Shown here in pieces: positions 21,501-30,132 of a DNA stretch of 63,367 nt. The DNA lies in the NCBI GenBank assembly GCA_964463545.1, contig CAYXCA010000001.1, forward strand, positions 1 to 63,367, given 5' to 3'. Positions within the stretch are counted from its first letter, which is position 1. Every line of letters begins with the position of its first letter. The translations under genes and the position numbers were made by a program. This stretch comes from an uncultured Candidatus Saccharibacteria bacterium. GTDB taxonomy: Bacteria; Patescibacteriota; Saccharimonadia; Saccharimonadales; Saccharimonadaceae. Below the pieces are notes generated by a model. The model did no database searches. It had not been told where the DNA came from and saw only the letters and a list, made by a program, of their open reading frames with translations.

Positions 21501-22769
21501 TAGTTCGTCGACTACTGATAGAAGTTCCGGCGATGTATTTGATCTGATTTCTTCTAATAGTTTATGCAAATATTTATTAAAATCTTCCTGACCGATGTTT
21601 TTGCTAGCCCTGCGGCCGTTTTTATCTTCCGTGTAGGCCTTACCTATATATGCGTTATAACTCGGATTTTTCTCATCATAAAGTTTAACCTTAAATAACT
21701 GACGGTAAAGTTCCTGATGTGGCTTAAAGACTTTCTTCAGCCTTTGCAAGTCGTCTTCATGCTGGATGTAGTTTGCAACCATTGCGTCGGAAATCATTTT
21801 GTGGCTACCTAGCAGATTGTGCAAAATAACGTAGTCGTAAATGTTTTTCGCGGCAAAAATTAAATCCAAATTATCTGAACCGATTGCTTGCTCAATGTCA
21901 GGCAACTTATCTTCAAAAACTCCCTCACTGAAAGAATATGGGAACTTATCGTCATCCTCGAACGCAAATATCTTTTTTAAATCAACCTTTGAGCCGACAA
22001 GCAGACCGGCTAACTCAAGTTGCCCTTTCGGTGCATCTTCATCAAGAGTATCATCCTCAATATATAAAATTTCTTTGAGTTCTTTTTTCTTGTCAATTTT
22101 GCTCGCCTTTTTTGTGAGTATTGATTCTACTTCACCTGGTATATCTGCGATATTATACCCAGCGTGTTCTGCTTCTTCGCGAAATTCTTCAAAAAGTTCT
22201 TCAAAGTTAATCCCGGAACTATCAATATTGCCGTTTAGCAGAAAATGTCCACGATGCTTTAGAATGTGCTGGATAGCAAGAAAATACAGGCGAATATCAA
22301 AAGATTCGTCTTCTTTTGTATTGATTATTGCCTGACGTAAATGCCAAATCGTGGGATAATTTTTATGAAAATCTTTATCGGTAAAATTGAAATCATTAAA
22401 TAGAGTGTTCTTGGATCCCTTCTGTAATCTTTTATCTTCTTCATAATAAAAACTTTCTTTCAGGCGCTGATAGAATTCTGGATCAACTTTAGAGATTTCA
22501 TCACGAAATAGCATACGCAAGAGTTTTAGACGAGATTTCGCTCGTTCCCCGCGACGACGAGCCGAACGATGCGTGCGGCGCTCAGCGGCAGTATCGGCCT
22601 CGTCGAAAAGGCGAAAACCCCAAAGCGTTTGTTTTTTGGTTTTTGTACCTTTATCACTTTTGATACGGTGGGTGCCTTTCATCAAATTATAGTTTTCATC
22701 CGTTACCGCCCAGCCAACTGAGTTCGTACCGCAATCTAGTCCGATGTAATATGGTTGTTTATTATTCAT
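18504..22769 (-). CDS. cas9: Type II-A CRISPR nuclease Cas9 (~1421 aa)
   Basis: RuvC-I GLDCGTNSVGW, Arg-rich bridge helix, FRIPYYCGP, HNH DIDHIYPRS, RuvC-III HHAKDAYL; probable start ATG 22769 after GAGGAAG. Confidence 0.97.
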   Translation of the reverse strand: MNNKQPYYIGLDCGTNSVGWAVTDENYNLMKGTHRIKSDKGTKTKKQTLWGFRLFDEADTAAERRTHRSARRRGERAKSRLKLLRMLFRDEISKVDPEFYQRLKESFYYEEDKRLQKGSKNTLFNDFNFTDKDFHKNYPTIWHLRQAIINTKEDESFDIRLYFLAIQHILKHRGHFLLNGNIDSSGINFEELFEEFREEAEHAGYNIADIPGEVESILTKKASKIDKKKELKEILYIEDDTLDEDAPKGQLELAGLLVGSKVDLKKIFAFEDDDKFPYSFSEGVFEDKLPDIEQAIGSDNLDLIFAAKNIYDYVILHNLLGSHKMISDAMVANYIQHEDDLQRLKKVFKPHQELYRQLFKVKLYDEKNPSYNAYIGKAYTEDKNGRRASKNIGQEDFNKYLHKLLEEIRSNTSPELLSVVDELLDRTDTSEKSTSPLLLPKQRGQAKGTIPMQLHANELKIILEKLQRDFPSFAEVVSGEGETYNTKAKKIMKIHSFRIPYYCGPIVKRKYDNDGNLVNENGSEFSWADEEISELVYPWNFDQLVNKDSRAKNFIRRMTNECTYLFGEDVLPKCSLIYQKYMVLSELNNLKINGHRIDNKLKQEIFERGYKNGEIKGSITLRKLEKWCKENSFIAASDELSGTNEIKVLPKYQTYQDFSRILGANFEKKYPSDKLEQVIESITVLGDEKSMLKKNIQEELDCDDKTADLLSRLSYKDWGRMSARFLNGITVNNRTILDWLWEDNKNLMELLGQEVGFGKVVDEYNEAKRPASRKVSYPDVEKLYCSPAVKRSVWQTIKIVNELVKNLDYTPAKIFLEVTRGEDEKSKGKYTLARKKDLEMKLKAIKTDDAKTILKELDGYEDRDLQSKKLFLYFSQMGKCAYSGEPIDIEELNNSQLYDIDHIYPRSRTKDDSITRNLVLIKANLNREKTNTYPISDSIRNKMHGTWAAWCRTGLITKEKYERLIRATPLTNDELGSFIARQLVETSQSVKAIRDLLKRAYPDTKIVMVKAGQVSEFRHLMGGDKKDRDGNVYEQGRYEFIKVRDINDLHHAKDAYLNIVVGNVMNETFTDNPYEWIKRREGKEYSIRPERIFRGSQKYTKANGEETIYPEVKGWNYADSIKTISSAMKRNDVIWTRMNYIESREISDLQLVGKSKNSDGLLKIKQQKRLDPKKYGGYNSLKGAHFALIECKDKKGNTQRRIIQVPIIAKDNIKKYVTENYDSAKVILPIIKIKSLIKADELLLSISNKDSDVKNGYLHAVQAKFPSDFNSYLRRIYNVCAKDKLSKNKYEVDTKNDEVDEERNLRLYDMFCKKLKVYSKYPELGSGVEKITQSRSKFLELDLKQQCLTLGQFFFIFACKAQNAKLNAIGCGDSVGRIRMSNDKLFNYDRLYLVNQSPTGLYEEVIDLKTVQPKTSKQDKK

Positions 22770-22830
22770 AAGGCTTCCTCGCAAATAATTACTATTTACA
22801 TTATAGCACGCACATAATATAATGTAGTCA

Positions 22831-22935
22831 GTTCAATTACACGATTGAATTTACACGACAAGTTCAAATAAGTTAGCATACTATGAATGCTATAGCGAAA
22901 GCGCACTTACGTGAGGCCTATTGTGGGCCTTTTTT
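22831..22935 (+). ncRNA. tracrRNA
   Basis: Anti-repeat GTTCAATTACACGATTGAATTTACACGACAAGTTCAAAT is complementary to the crRNA repeat; followed by short hairpins and an AGGCC...GGCCT-TTTTT terminator; TATAAT at ~22818-22823. Confidence 0.88.
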
Positions 22936-22986
22936 GATGTTTGGTTATGGCAGAATACTTCAAAAATCATATATAATATACTATAT

Positions 22987-24276
22987 ATGTCTAAATCTCA
23001 CACTGATTATCCAAACAAAATTGGCCTGGGGACTGATAACAAAGAATTTTTGTTGGCAAATCATGATATAGTGCTGAACTGGCCGTACAAAGACTGCATG
23101 CTGGAAGGCAAACAGACTAAAGAATCGGCCAAAGGTGAGGAAGTTTTTTATCATCAAACCATCGCAGCGAAAGAAATTGGCGATCTTTTAGCACCAAAGG
23201 TTTTTACAAATTGGCAGTATCACACAATAGCCAAGCGTGCGAACTCCGACACGAATGGACAAGTCCAGTGTGCGGGTTCTGGCACAAATAAGCAAGCCCA
23301 ACGAAATATTGAAATTCCCAGCACAATTACCGCCAAAGATAATTTGATAATAAAAGGCAACAACCTGATTGCACTTCATTCTCTGCGACCGCGTTATGCA
23401 GGCAAGGTGAAACTGATTTATATTGACGTGCCATTCAATACTGGTGATGATAGTTTTTGTTACAACGACAATTTTACTCACTCCACGTGGCTGACTTTTA
23501 TGAAAAACCGTCTAGAAGTGGCCAAAGATTTTTTGACCGATGATGGCTCAATTTTTATCCATGCTGACTGGCACGAGGTGCATTATCTCAAAGTTTTGTG
23601 CGACGAAATTTTGGGACGCGAGAATTTCATTAATGAAATTATTTGGTGTTACACCGGGCCAGGCAGTCCACAGATGCAGCAACTTAATCGCAAACATGAC
23701 ACAATCTTGTGGTACGCTAACGATCCAGATGACTTCACTTTCAACAAAGACGCCGTACGGGTACCGTATACTAGCGCCTATCAATCGATGCGCAAAAGTT
23801 TGAATGCAGGCGATGGTTGGACAGATGAGGACGTAGCGCGGATGCGCGAAAAAGGTCGTGTACCGGATGACTGGTGGAGTGATATTGCCGTGGCAGCACG
23901 AATACCAATTGACGGCAAGAAACGTACTGGCTATATGACAGAGAAGCCGGTTAAACTCATGGAGCGAATTATCAAAATGGCGTCGAACCCGGGCGAAATC
24001 GTACTAGACTTTTTTGCTGGCAGTGGCACCACACCCTACATGGCGGCACAACTCGGACGACAATTTGTCGCCGTAGAACAATTGAACGGTGCACACCGCA
24101 TTATGTTGCAACGTTTGGAAGGTGAAGCGAATTTTATTTCTTGTACACTGGAACATGGCACACAAAACAATTCCGCAGACGAAAAATCACTATATATAAA
24201 TTACTCGGAAATTGACAAATGCAATATTTCTGACACAGACAAAAAAATAAATAAGATTTTCTATGCTGCCGAATAA
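22987..24276 (+). CDS. Type III RM-like DNA methyltransferase (Mod)
   Basis: NLIIKGNNL, KLIYIDVPFNTG (DPPY variant), HSTWLTFMKNRL, EKP, VLDFFAGSGTT; probable start ATG 22987. Confidence 0.85.
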   Translation: MSKSHTDYPNKIGLGTDNKEFLLANHDIVLNWPYKDCMLEGKQTKESAKGEEVFYHQTIAAKEIGDLLAPKVFTNWQYHTIAKRANSDTNGQVQCAGSGTNKQAQRNIEIPSTITAKDNLIIKGNNLIALHSLRPRYAGKVKLIYIDVPFNTGDDSFCYNDNFTHSTWLTFMKNRLEVAKDFLTDDGSIFIHADWHEVHYLKVLCDEILGRENFINEIIWCYTGPGSPQMQQLNRKHDTILWYANDPDDFTFNKDAVRVPYTSAYQSMRKSLNAGDGWTDEDVARMREKGRVPDDWWSDIAVAARIPIDGKKRTGYMTEKPVKLMERIIKMASNPGEIVLDFFAGSGTTPYMAAQLGRQFVAVEQLNGAHRIMLQRLEGEANFISCTLEHGTQNNSADEKSLYINYSEIDKCNISDTDKKINKIFYAAE

Positions 24277-25720
24277 CATCGTGAATAATTTGCGTCATGC
24301 GCCATGGCCGTATCAGGTCGCTGCGCTAAAACGTTGGTTGGAATATATAAATACTCCGCACAAAGAGCCAGTGCAGTTACTGTTTAACATGGCAACTGGC
24401 TCAGGCAAAACTTATATCATGGCGGCATTGATGTTAGATTTGTATCAGCGTGGTTGGCGCAATTTTCTCTTTTTTGTAAATTCAGCCAACATTTTAGAAA
24501 AAACACGTGATAATTTTGTGCATATCAATTCACCAAAATATCTTTTTGCACCAAATATTAAAATTAAAAACAATTTTGTACGCGTGCGCGAAATTCAAAA
24601 TTTTTACGAAAGTGACCCGAACACAATTAATATTCTTTTTACCACCACGCAACGTTTGCACAAAGATTTGAATGTACCACATGAAAATCGAATTTCTTAT
24701 AATGAGTTAGCACAATGCAATATTGTTCTGATCGGCGACGAAGCACATCATAATAATGCCAAAAATAGTTTATACCGACCAACAGCGTTTGGAAATTGGG
24801 AATCGACAGTAGAAAAAATTCAGCAGCAAAATTCCAAAACAATGTTGCTAGAATTTACCGCTACAATGGATTTTGAAGATACAATGATTCAGGAAAAGTA
24901 TCGCGAACGCACATTGTTTCAATATGATCTACGTAAGTTTCGTCAGGATGGTTATAGTAAGGATGTGCTATTATATACAGCGGATGACGATTTGCCGGAA
25001 CGTGAATTGCAAGCGATTATCCTAAGTCAATATCGTAAATATGTGGCACAGAAATATAATATTCTGTTAAAGCCGGTAATAATGTTTAAAAGCCGCACAG
25101 TATACGAAAACAAAGTAAATTTGTCAGATTTTGAACTGCTGATTTTGCATTTGACTGCAGAGAAATTGGAACAAGTTCGCACAGGCGCAAGTGGAATTTT
25201 GCAAAAGGCATTTCAATTTTTCGGTGACAACAATATTAGCATAAAACAACTCTGCCGAGATTTGCAACAAGATTTTTGTCCGGAGAATTTGTTACGCATG
25301 GATGGCGGCCGGCAAATTTCTCGACAAATGCAACATGCGGTAAATACTCTGGAAGCACCGGGAAACAATTATCGCGCAATTTTTGCTGTAGATATGTTAA
25401 AAGAAGGGTGGGATGTGCTAAACTTGTTTGATATTGTGAGGCTCTACGAAACGCATGACGGCAAAACTAAGAACGGAATTTATATTCCAGGAAAAACGAC
25501 AATTTCTGAAGCGCAATTGATTGGTCGTGGCGCACGCTATTTTCCGTTTGTGACGGATAGCAATGTTAATAAATACCGACGTAAATTTGATGATGACCCA
25601 GAAAATGAACTGCGTGTTTTGGAACAATTACATTACCATTCTAAACACGATGTAAAATACATTCAAGAAATTCAGCAGGCTTTGGCCGAAATTGGAATTA
25701 CAGAGTCTGCGAACGAATAA
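24263..25720 (+). CDS. Type III restriction subunit-like DEAD/DEAH helicase, apparently C-terminally truncated
   Basis: FNMATGSGKT, DEAHH, LEFTAT, LKEGWDV, AQLIGRGAR; only 485 aa and no recognisable nuclease domain. Confidence 0.8.
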   Translation: MLPNNIVNNLRHAPWPYQVAALKRWLEYINTPHKEPVQLLFNMATGSGKTYIMAALMLDLYQRGWRNFLFFVNSANILEKTRDNFVHINSPKYLFAPNIKIKNNFVRVREIQNFYESDPNTINILFTTTQRLHKDLNVPHENRISYNELAQCNIVLIGDEAHHNNAKNSLYRPTAFGNWESTVEKIQQQNSKTMLLEFTATMDFEDTMIQEKYRERTLFQYDLRKFRQDGYSKDVLLYTADDDLPERELQAIILSQYRKYVAQKYNILLKPVIMFKSRTVYENKVNLSDFELLILHLTAEKLEQVRTGASGILQKAFQFFGDNNISIKQLCRDLQQDFCPENLLRMDGGRQISRQMQHAVNTLEAPGNNYRAIFAVDMLKEGWDVLNLFDIVRLYETHDGKTKNGIYIPGKTTISEAQLIGRGARYFPFVTDSNVNKYRRKFDDDPENELRVLEQLHYHSKHDVKYIQEIQQALAEIGITESANE

Positions 25721-26315
25721 TTTGCCGAATTGCATCAAATAAATATGGCTTGTAGACAGCAAATTCTAACGGCTCGCCATCCAGAATACAAGAAAAACAG
25801 GTGGAACTAGCGAGTTCGATAATCATGAAGAGCAGTACTTTGGGGTTCTTGATATGGATGCCGCTATGTTCTGCAGCGCGAATTAAACTTTGCAAAATAT
25901 CTATATTATCATTGGTGAAAATTTCGTTGACTTTGTGGTTAAAAAGGCCATACGACAAGTTCTTGGCAATCAACTTTAGAGCATCTTGATTTTGCGAAAG
26001 GATGTCTGTAATATAATCGACAATGAAGATAATTTGGTCTTCAAAATTGACAACTCCAGTCTGACGCAACGTTGCGATCGCCATTTGAAAAAGTTCATTA
26101 GATTTGCGCGTAATAAGTCGCTCTTTTAGGTCATCTTTGTCGCGAAAATAATTATAAAAAGTGCCCTTAGCAATAAAGGCTTGGTCTGTAATGTCTTGAA
26201 TCGATACTGCATCATAACCACGCTGAAGAAAAAGTTGGTAGGCAGCCTCTAAAAGACGATCATAGGTATCAATTTGTTTGCTTTGCCGCCGGCTCATTTG
26301 GCTTTCATTACTCAT
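25698..26315 (-). CDS. TetR/AcrR family regulator
   Basis: LFLQRGYDAVSIQDITDQAFIAKGTFYNYF; divergent from the MMPL operon. Confidence 0.92.
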   Translation of the reverse strand: MSNESQMSRRQSKQIDTYDRLLEAAYQLFLQRGYDAVSIQDITDQAFIAKGTFYNYFRDKDDLKERLITRKSNELFQMAIATLRQTGVVNFEDQIIFIVDYITDILSQNQDALKLIAKNLSYGLFNHKVNEIFTNDNIDILQSLIRAAEHSGIHIKNPKVLLFMIIELASSTCFSCILDGEPLEFAVYKPYLFDAIRQIIRSQTL

Positions 26316-26365
26316 GAGATTATTATACTACATTCTGCAATAAAATAAAGCATAGTTTGTGACAG

Positions 26366-26451
26366 AAAAGTGACTATTGGTCATTTTTATTATTGACAAG
26401 AGATTTTCTCTGATGTAGAATGGTTACTGAAAATTGACTATTGGTCATTTT
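26366..26451 (+). promoter_or_regulatory. sigma70 promoter flanked by two TetR-type operators
   Basis: AAAA(G/T)TGACTATTGGTCATTTT at 26366-26387 and 26430-26451, bracketing TTGACA-17-TAGAAT (26393-26421). Confidence 0.85.
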
Positions 26452-26506
26452 TTGCTAGGAGATTTGGCCAATGGTTAAAGAACAATTATAAAGTTAAAGG
26501 AGAAAA

Positions 26507-28585
26507 ATGAAGAAAATCAGCGAATTCATTTGTAAACATCGCTGGCTAATTGTGATTCTTTCGGGATTATTACTGATTCCAGCGTTGTTTGGCTATATTG
26601 CCACCAAAGTAAACTATGATTTGCTCGTTTATCTGCCGTCAGACATTGAAACCTTGAAAGGGCAAGAAATTTTGACGGATGAATTTGGCATGGGAGCATT
26701 CTCGGTGGCAGTGGTAGAAAATATGCCACAGAAAGAATTACTCCAACTGGAAGAAAAAATCGGGCAAGTGGAGGGAGTAAATCAAGTCCTGACTATGGCA
26801 GATTTGACTGGTACAGCAGTACCAGTAGATTTCTTACCGACGACGGTGCGCGAAAAAATGACACATGATGGCACCCAACTCATGCTGATTACCTTCCATG
26901 ATGGTACGAGTGATGAGAAAACTTTGAACGCGGTGGAAGAAATTCGCAACCTGGCCGGTGAGAGTTGCTTGGTGGGTGGAATGAGCGCAATGGTTTTGGA
27001 TACAAAAATGCTATTTAATAGCGAAACTGTATTGTATGTAAGTATTGCTGTGGGACTATCACTCTTGGTTTTATTGGTTTGTCTAGATTCCTTTGTGGTA
27101 CCATTTCTACTTATCGGTAGTATTGGCGTGGCGCTACTGTTCAATATGGGAACAAATGTTTTCTTGGGTGAGATTTCCTACATTACCAAAGCAATTAGTG
27201 CTGTGCTGCAACTGGGCGTTACGATGGACTTCTCAATTTTCTTGTATCACAAATATGAAGCAGCCAAGAAGACTGAAAAAGACCGTTTGAAGGCGATGAC
27301 GAGTGCGATTCAGGCAACGGCATCAAGTGTGGTGGGAAGTGCACTAACAACCTTTGCTGGTTTCTTGGCACTTTGCACGATGAGCCTGACTTTGGGTACT
27401 GACATCGGCATCGTGATGGCGAAGGGCGTGGTGCTAGGTGTGATTTGCGCAATTACAACTTTCCCGGCCCTATTGCTAGTGTGTGATAAATGGGTAGAAA
27501 AAACCAAGCACCGAGAACTCTTGCCGAAATTTACCGGCGTGAAGAATTTTATCATCAAATACAACAAAGTAATTTTAGCCGTGTTCGCGGTGACATTGGT
27601 ACCAGCATATATCCTGAATACTAAGACAGAAGTTTATTACAAACTAGATTCTTCAATTCCGGCGGACTATGGCTATACCAAAGCAATGACGGCACTGCGC
27701 GAAGATTTTGGGATGGAATCGCAGATGGTAGTATTAGTGCGCGATGAAACTAACACAGCCAAAGTTAATGCGATGACAGGAGAGATTGCAAAAGTAGACG
27801 GAATTGACGCCGTGCTCAGCCCAACTATGTTGGCAAACTATGGTTTGTCGCAAGATTTATTGAGTGAAAAGTTGCGGTCGTTCTTTGAAACTGATGATTA
27901 TACAATGATGTTGATTCTGTCAGATTACAGCATTGCGAGCGATGAACTAAATGCTCAAATTGCCAAAGTGAATGAGATTGTAGATAGTTACGACGAAGGC
28001 GCGATTGTGGCAGGCGAGGGGCCACTGATGAAAGATTTAGTAGAAATCTCCGACCGTGATTTTACAAATGTGAATGTGGTTTCGATTGCGGTAATTTTTG
28101 TAATTATGGCGCTCGTGCTGAAGTCAATTTCTTTGCCGGTAATATTGATGGCAGCGATTGAATTTGCGATTTTCTTAAACCTCGGCTGCGCTTTTGTAAC
28201 TGGAACGGAGATTCCCTTTGTGGCGTCGATTGTGATTGGTACGATTCAACTTGGAGCAACGATTGACTATGCGATTTTGCTAACTACCAAATATCTTGAA
28301 GAACGGCAACACGGTGCAGACAAAAAGCAGGCCGTACGGACGGCGCTGGGGAGTTCAATTCAATCAATCTTTGTCAGTGCGATGTGCTTCTTTGGGGCAA
28401 CAATCGGTGTGGGTGTGATTTCACAAATTGATATGATCGGATCACTATGTACGTTGATTGCGCGCGGAGCAGTGATTAGTATGGTGGTAGTAGTGACGGT
28501 GGTACCAGCCTTGCTGATTACTTTTGACCCAGTGATTCGACGCACGACTTTAGGATTTAACAAACTACCAAAGCGGGTAGACTAG
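26507..28585 (+). CDS. MMPL/RND family transporter
   Basis: Duplicated membrane architecture; LQLGVTMDFSIFL and IQLGATIDYAILL. Confidence 0.9.
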   Translation: MKKISEFICKHRWLIVILSGLLLIPALFGYIATKVNYDLLVYLPSDIETLKGQEILTDEFGMGAFSVAVVENMPQKELLQLEEKIGQVEGVNQVLTMADLTGTAVPVDFLPTTVREKMTHDGTQLMLITFHDGTSDEKTLNAVEEIRNLAGESCLVGGMSAMVLDTKMLFNSETVLYVSIAVGLSLLVLLVCLDSFVVPFLLIGSIGVALLFNMGTNVFLGEISYITKAISAVLQLGVTMDFSIFLYHKYEAAKKTEKDRLKAMTSAIQATASSVVGSALTTFAGFLALCTMSLTLGTDIGIVMAKGVVLGVICAITTFPALLLVCDKWVEKTKHRELLPKFTGVKNFIIKYNKVILAVFAVTLVPAYILNTKTEVYYKLDSSIPADYGYTKAMTALREDFGMESQMVVLVRDETNTAKVNAMTGEIAKVDGIDAVLSPTMLANYGLSQDLLSEKLRSFFETDDYTMMLILSDYSIASDELNAQIAKVNEIVDSYDEGAIVAGEGPLMKDLVEISDRDFTNVNVVSIAVIFVIMALVLKSISLPVILMAAIEFAIFLNLGCAFVTGTEIPFVASIVIGTIQLGATIDYAILLTTKYLEERQHGADKKQAVRTALGSSIQSIFVSAMCFFGATIGVGVISQIDMIGSLCTLIARGAVISMVVVVTVVPALLITFDPVIRRTTLGFNKLPKRVD

Positions 28586-28596
28586 AAAGGAATTTT

Positions 28597-30096
28597 ATGA
28601 AAAAGATTACAAGAAGTTTAACTTATCTCGCAGTAGTGGGCGCGGTGGCGGTGGTGCCAAGTTTGTCTACGCTCTCAGCAGCAGCCTTAAGTCAGGACGA
28701 AACCGTGTATGCCAAATTACAAAATGATGGGAGCGCAAAATATATTTCTGTAACCAAACATTTGATCAATGATTTGAAAGAAAATGAATTGTTTGACGAA
28801 AGTATTTTGAATGAGTTGGAGAATCTGAACGGTTTTGAAAACTTCACACAAGATAACGGCACAATAAAATGGAATGCGAATGGTAAGGATATTTATTATC
28901 GTGGAACGACCGAAAAAGAATTACCAGTACAACTCCAGGCTACATATTATTTGAATGGCGAAGAAAAACCACTGAGTGAGATTTTGAGTAAGAGCGGGCA
29001 AATTGAAATTCGTTTGAAATATACTAACCTCTCTAAGGTGGGCAATATGTATACGCCATTCGTGGTAGCCGTGGCGACAACTTTGGACGAAACCAAAGTT
29101 TCCAATGTGAAAGTGACTAACGGACGCGCAGTAAACAATGGTCGCACAATTGCGATTGCTGGCGTGGCGGCGCCGGGATTATATGAAAGCTTGGGGATCG
29201 AAGATTTACAGGGTAGCGATACGGTGACGATTAGTTATGAAACGGAAAAGTTTGAGCTAGGCGATATATATTCTATTGTGACGCCAAAGTTGCTTGATAG
29301 TGCCGACTTAAAAACTTTCACCGAGTTGGATGATTTGTATGCCAGCAGTAACAAGTTAGCTGTGAGTAGCAAACAATTGGTGGAGGGCACAAACGCGCTC
29401 AAAAGCGGAATTGCCGAGCTGAAAAATGGTATTTTGCAGGCCCAGAAAAAGATACAAAATGCGGAAACTAAAATTGACGCCGCAACTTTGACCAAGATTA
29501 AAACCGCAGCCAGCATCGCAGCCGAAAAACAAGTAGAAGCACAGCGTGAAGTGATTGTTGCCAGTATTAAAACCCAAGTTGAAGGTAACGAAATTTTGAT
29601 GAACGCGTTGAAATTACAAGCGGCAGAAACGTGTAGCGCGCAGATTGGCGGTGCGACTTGCCCCGATGCAAATGTAAAAGCCGTGCAGAACCAGTTGACG
29701 CAAGGCGTGGAAGCCAGCATGGTGGAAAGCTCAATGACTTTAGCCAAGACTACTGCCAAACAAACGGCAGCAGCAACTGCGGAGAATGTGGCCGTGCAGG
29801 TAGCAGAAACCGTACAAAAGACCATGCTTCCGGCAGTATCCGGAGCGTTGGATACGATTCTAGGTGGAGTGGATAAATTAGCCCAGGGAGCAAATGAACT
29901 CAATAATGGTATGGTGCAGTTTGATCGCGAAGGCATCCAAACCTTGAATAATTTCGTAAACGGCAAGGTTAAAGTCACGGCCAACAAAGTGGAACAATTG
30001 GTGCGCTTGGCTGAACAATATGATAACTTTGCTGGCATGGCTAAAGGCGCAACTGGTACGACGAAGTTTGTTCTGATGGTTGAGGGACAAAAGTAA
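28597..30096 (+). CDS. Secreted YhgE/Pip-like coiled-coil partner of the MMPL transporter
   Basis: Signal peptide, DETVY, GKDIYYRG..KELPV, and LxxGxxxL repeats. Confidence 0.75.
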   Translation: MKKITRSLTYLAVVGAVAVVPSLSTLSAAALSQDETVYAKLQNDGSAKYISVTKHLINDLKENELFDESILNELENLNGFENFTQDNGTIKWNANGKDIYYRGTTEKELPVQLQATYYLNGEEKPLSEILSKSGQIEIRLKYTNLSKVGNMYTPFVVAVATTLDETKVSNVKVTNGRAVNNGRTIAIAGVAAPGLYESLGIEDLQGSDTVTISYETEKFELGDIYSIVTPKLLDSADLKTFTELDDLYASSNKLAVSSKQLVEGTNALKSGIAELKNGILQAQKKIQNAETKIDAATLTKIKTAASIAAEKQVEAQREVIVASIKTQVEGNEILMNALKLQAAETCSAQIGGATCPDANVKAVQNQLTQGVEASMVESSMTLAKTTAKQTAAATAENVAVQVAETVQKTMLPAVSGALDTILGGVDKLAQGANELNNGMVQFDREGIQTLNNFVNGKVKVTANKVEQLVRLAEQYDNFAGMAKGATGTTKFVLMVEGQK

Positions 30097-30103
30097 AAAC
30101 ACG

Positions 30104-30132
30104 ATAACTCCCGCCAAAAACGGGAGTTATTT
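30104..30132. terminator. Bidirectional intrinsic terminator
   Basis: ATAACTCCCG-CCAAAAA-CGGGAGTTAT-TTTT between convergent genes. Confidence 0.8.

Noticed and set aside
22987-24276. Phase-variable mod (phasevarion)
   Set aside because: No simple-sequence repeat tract seen in the gene or its promoter.
10260-26000. Integrative element with attL/attR at tRNA-Arg(TCG)
   Set aside because: I found no repeat of the tRNA 3' end and no integrase by eye; reported only as a hotspot.
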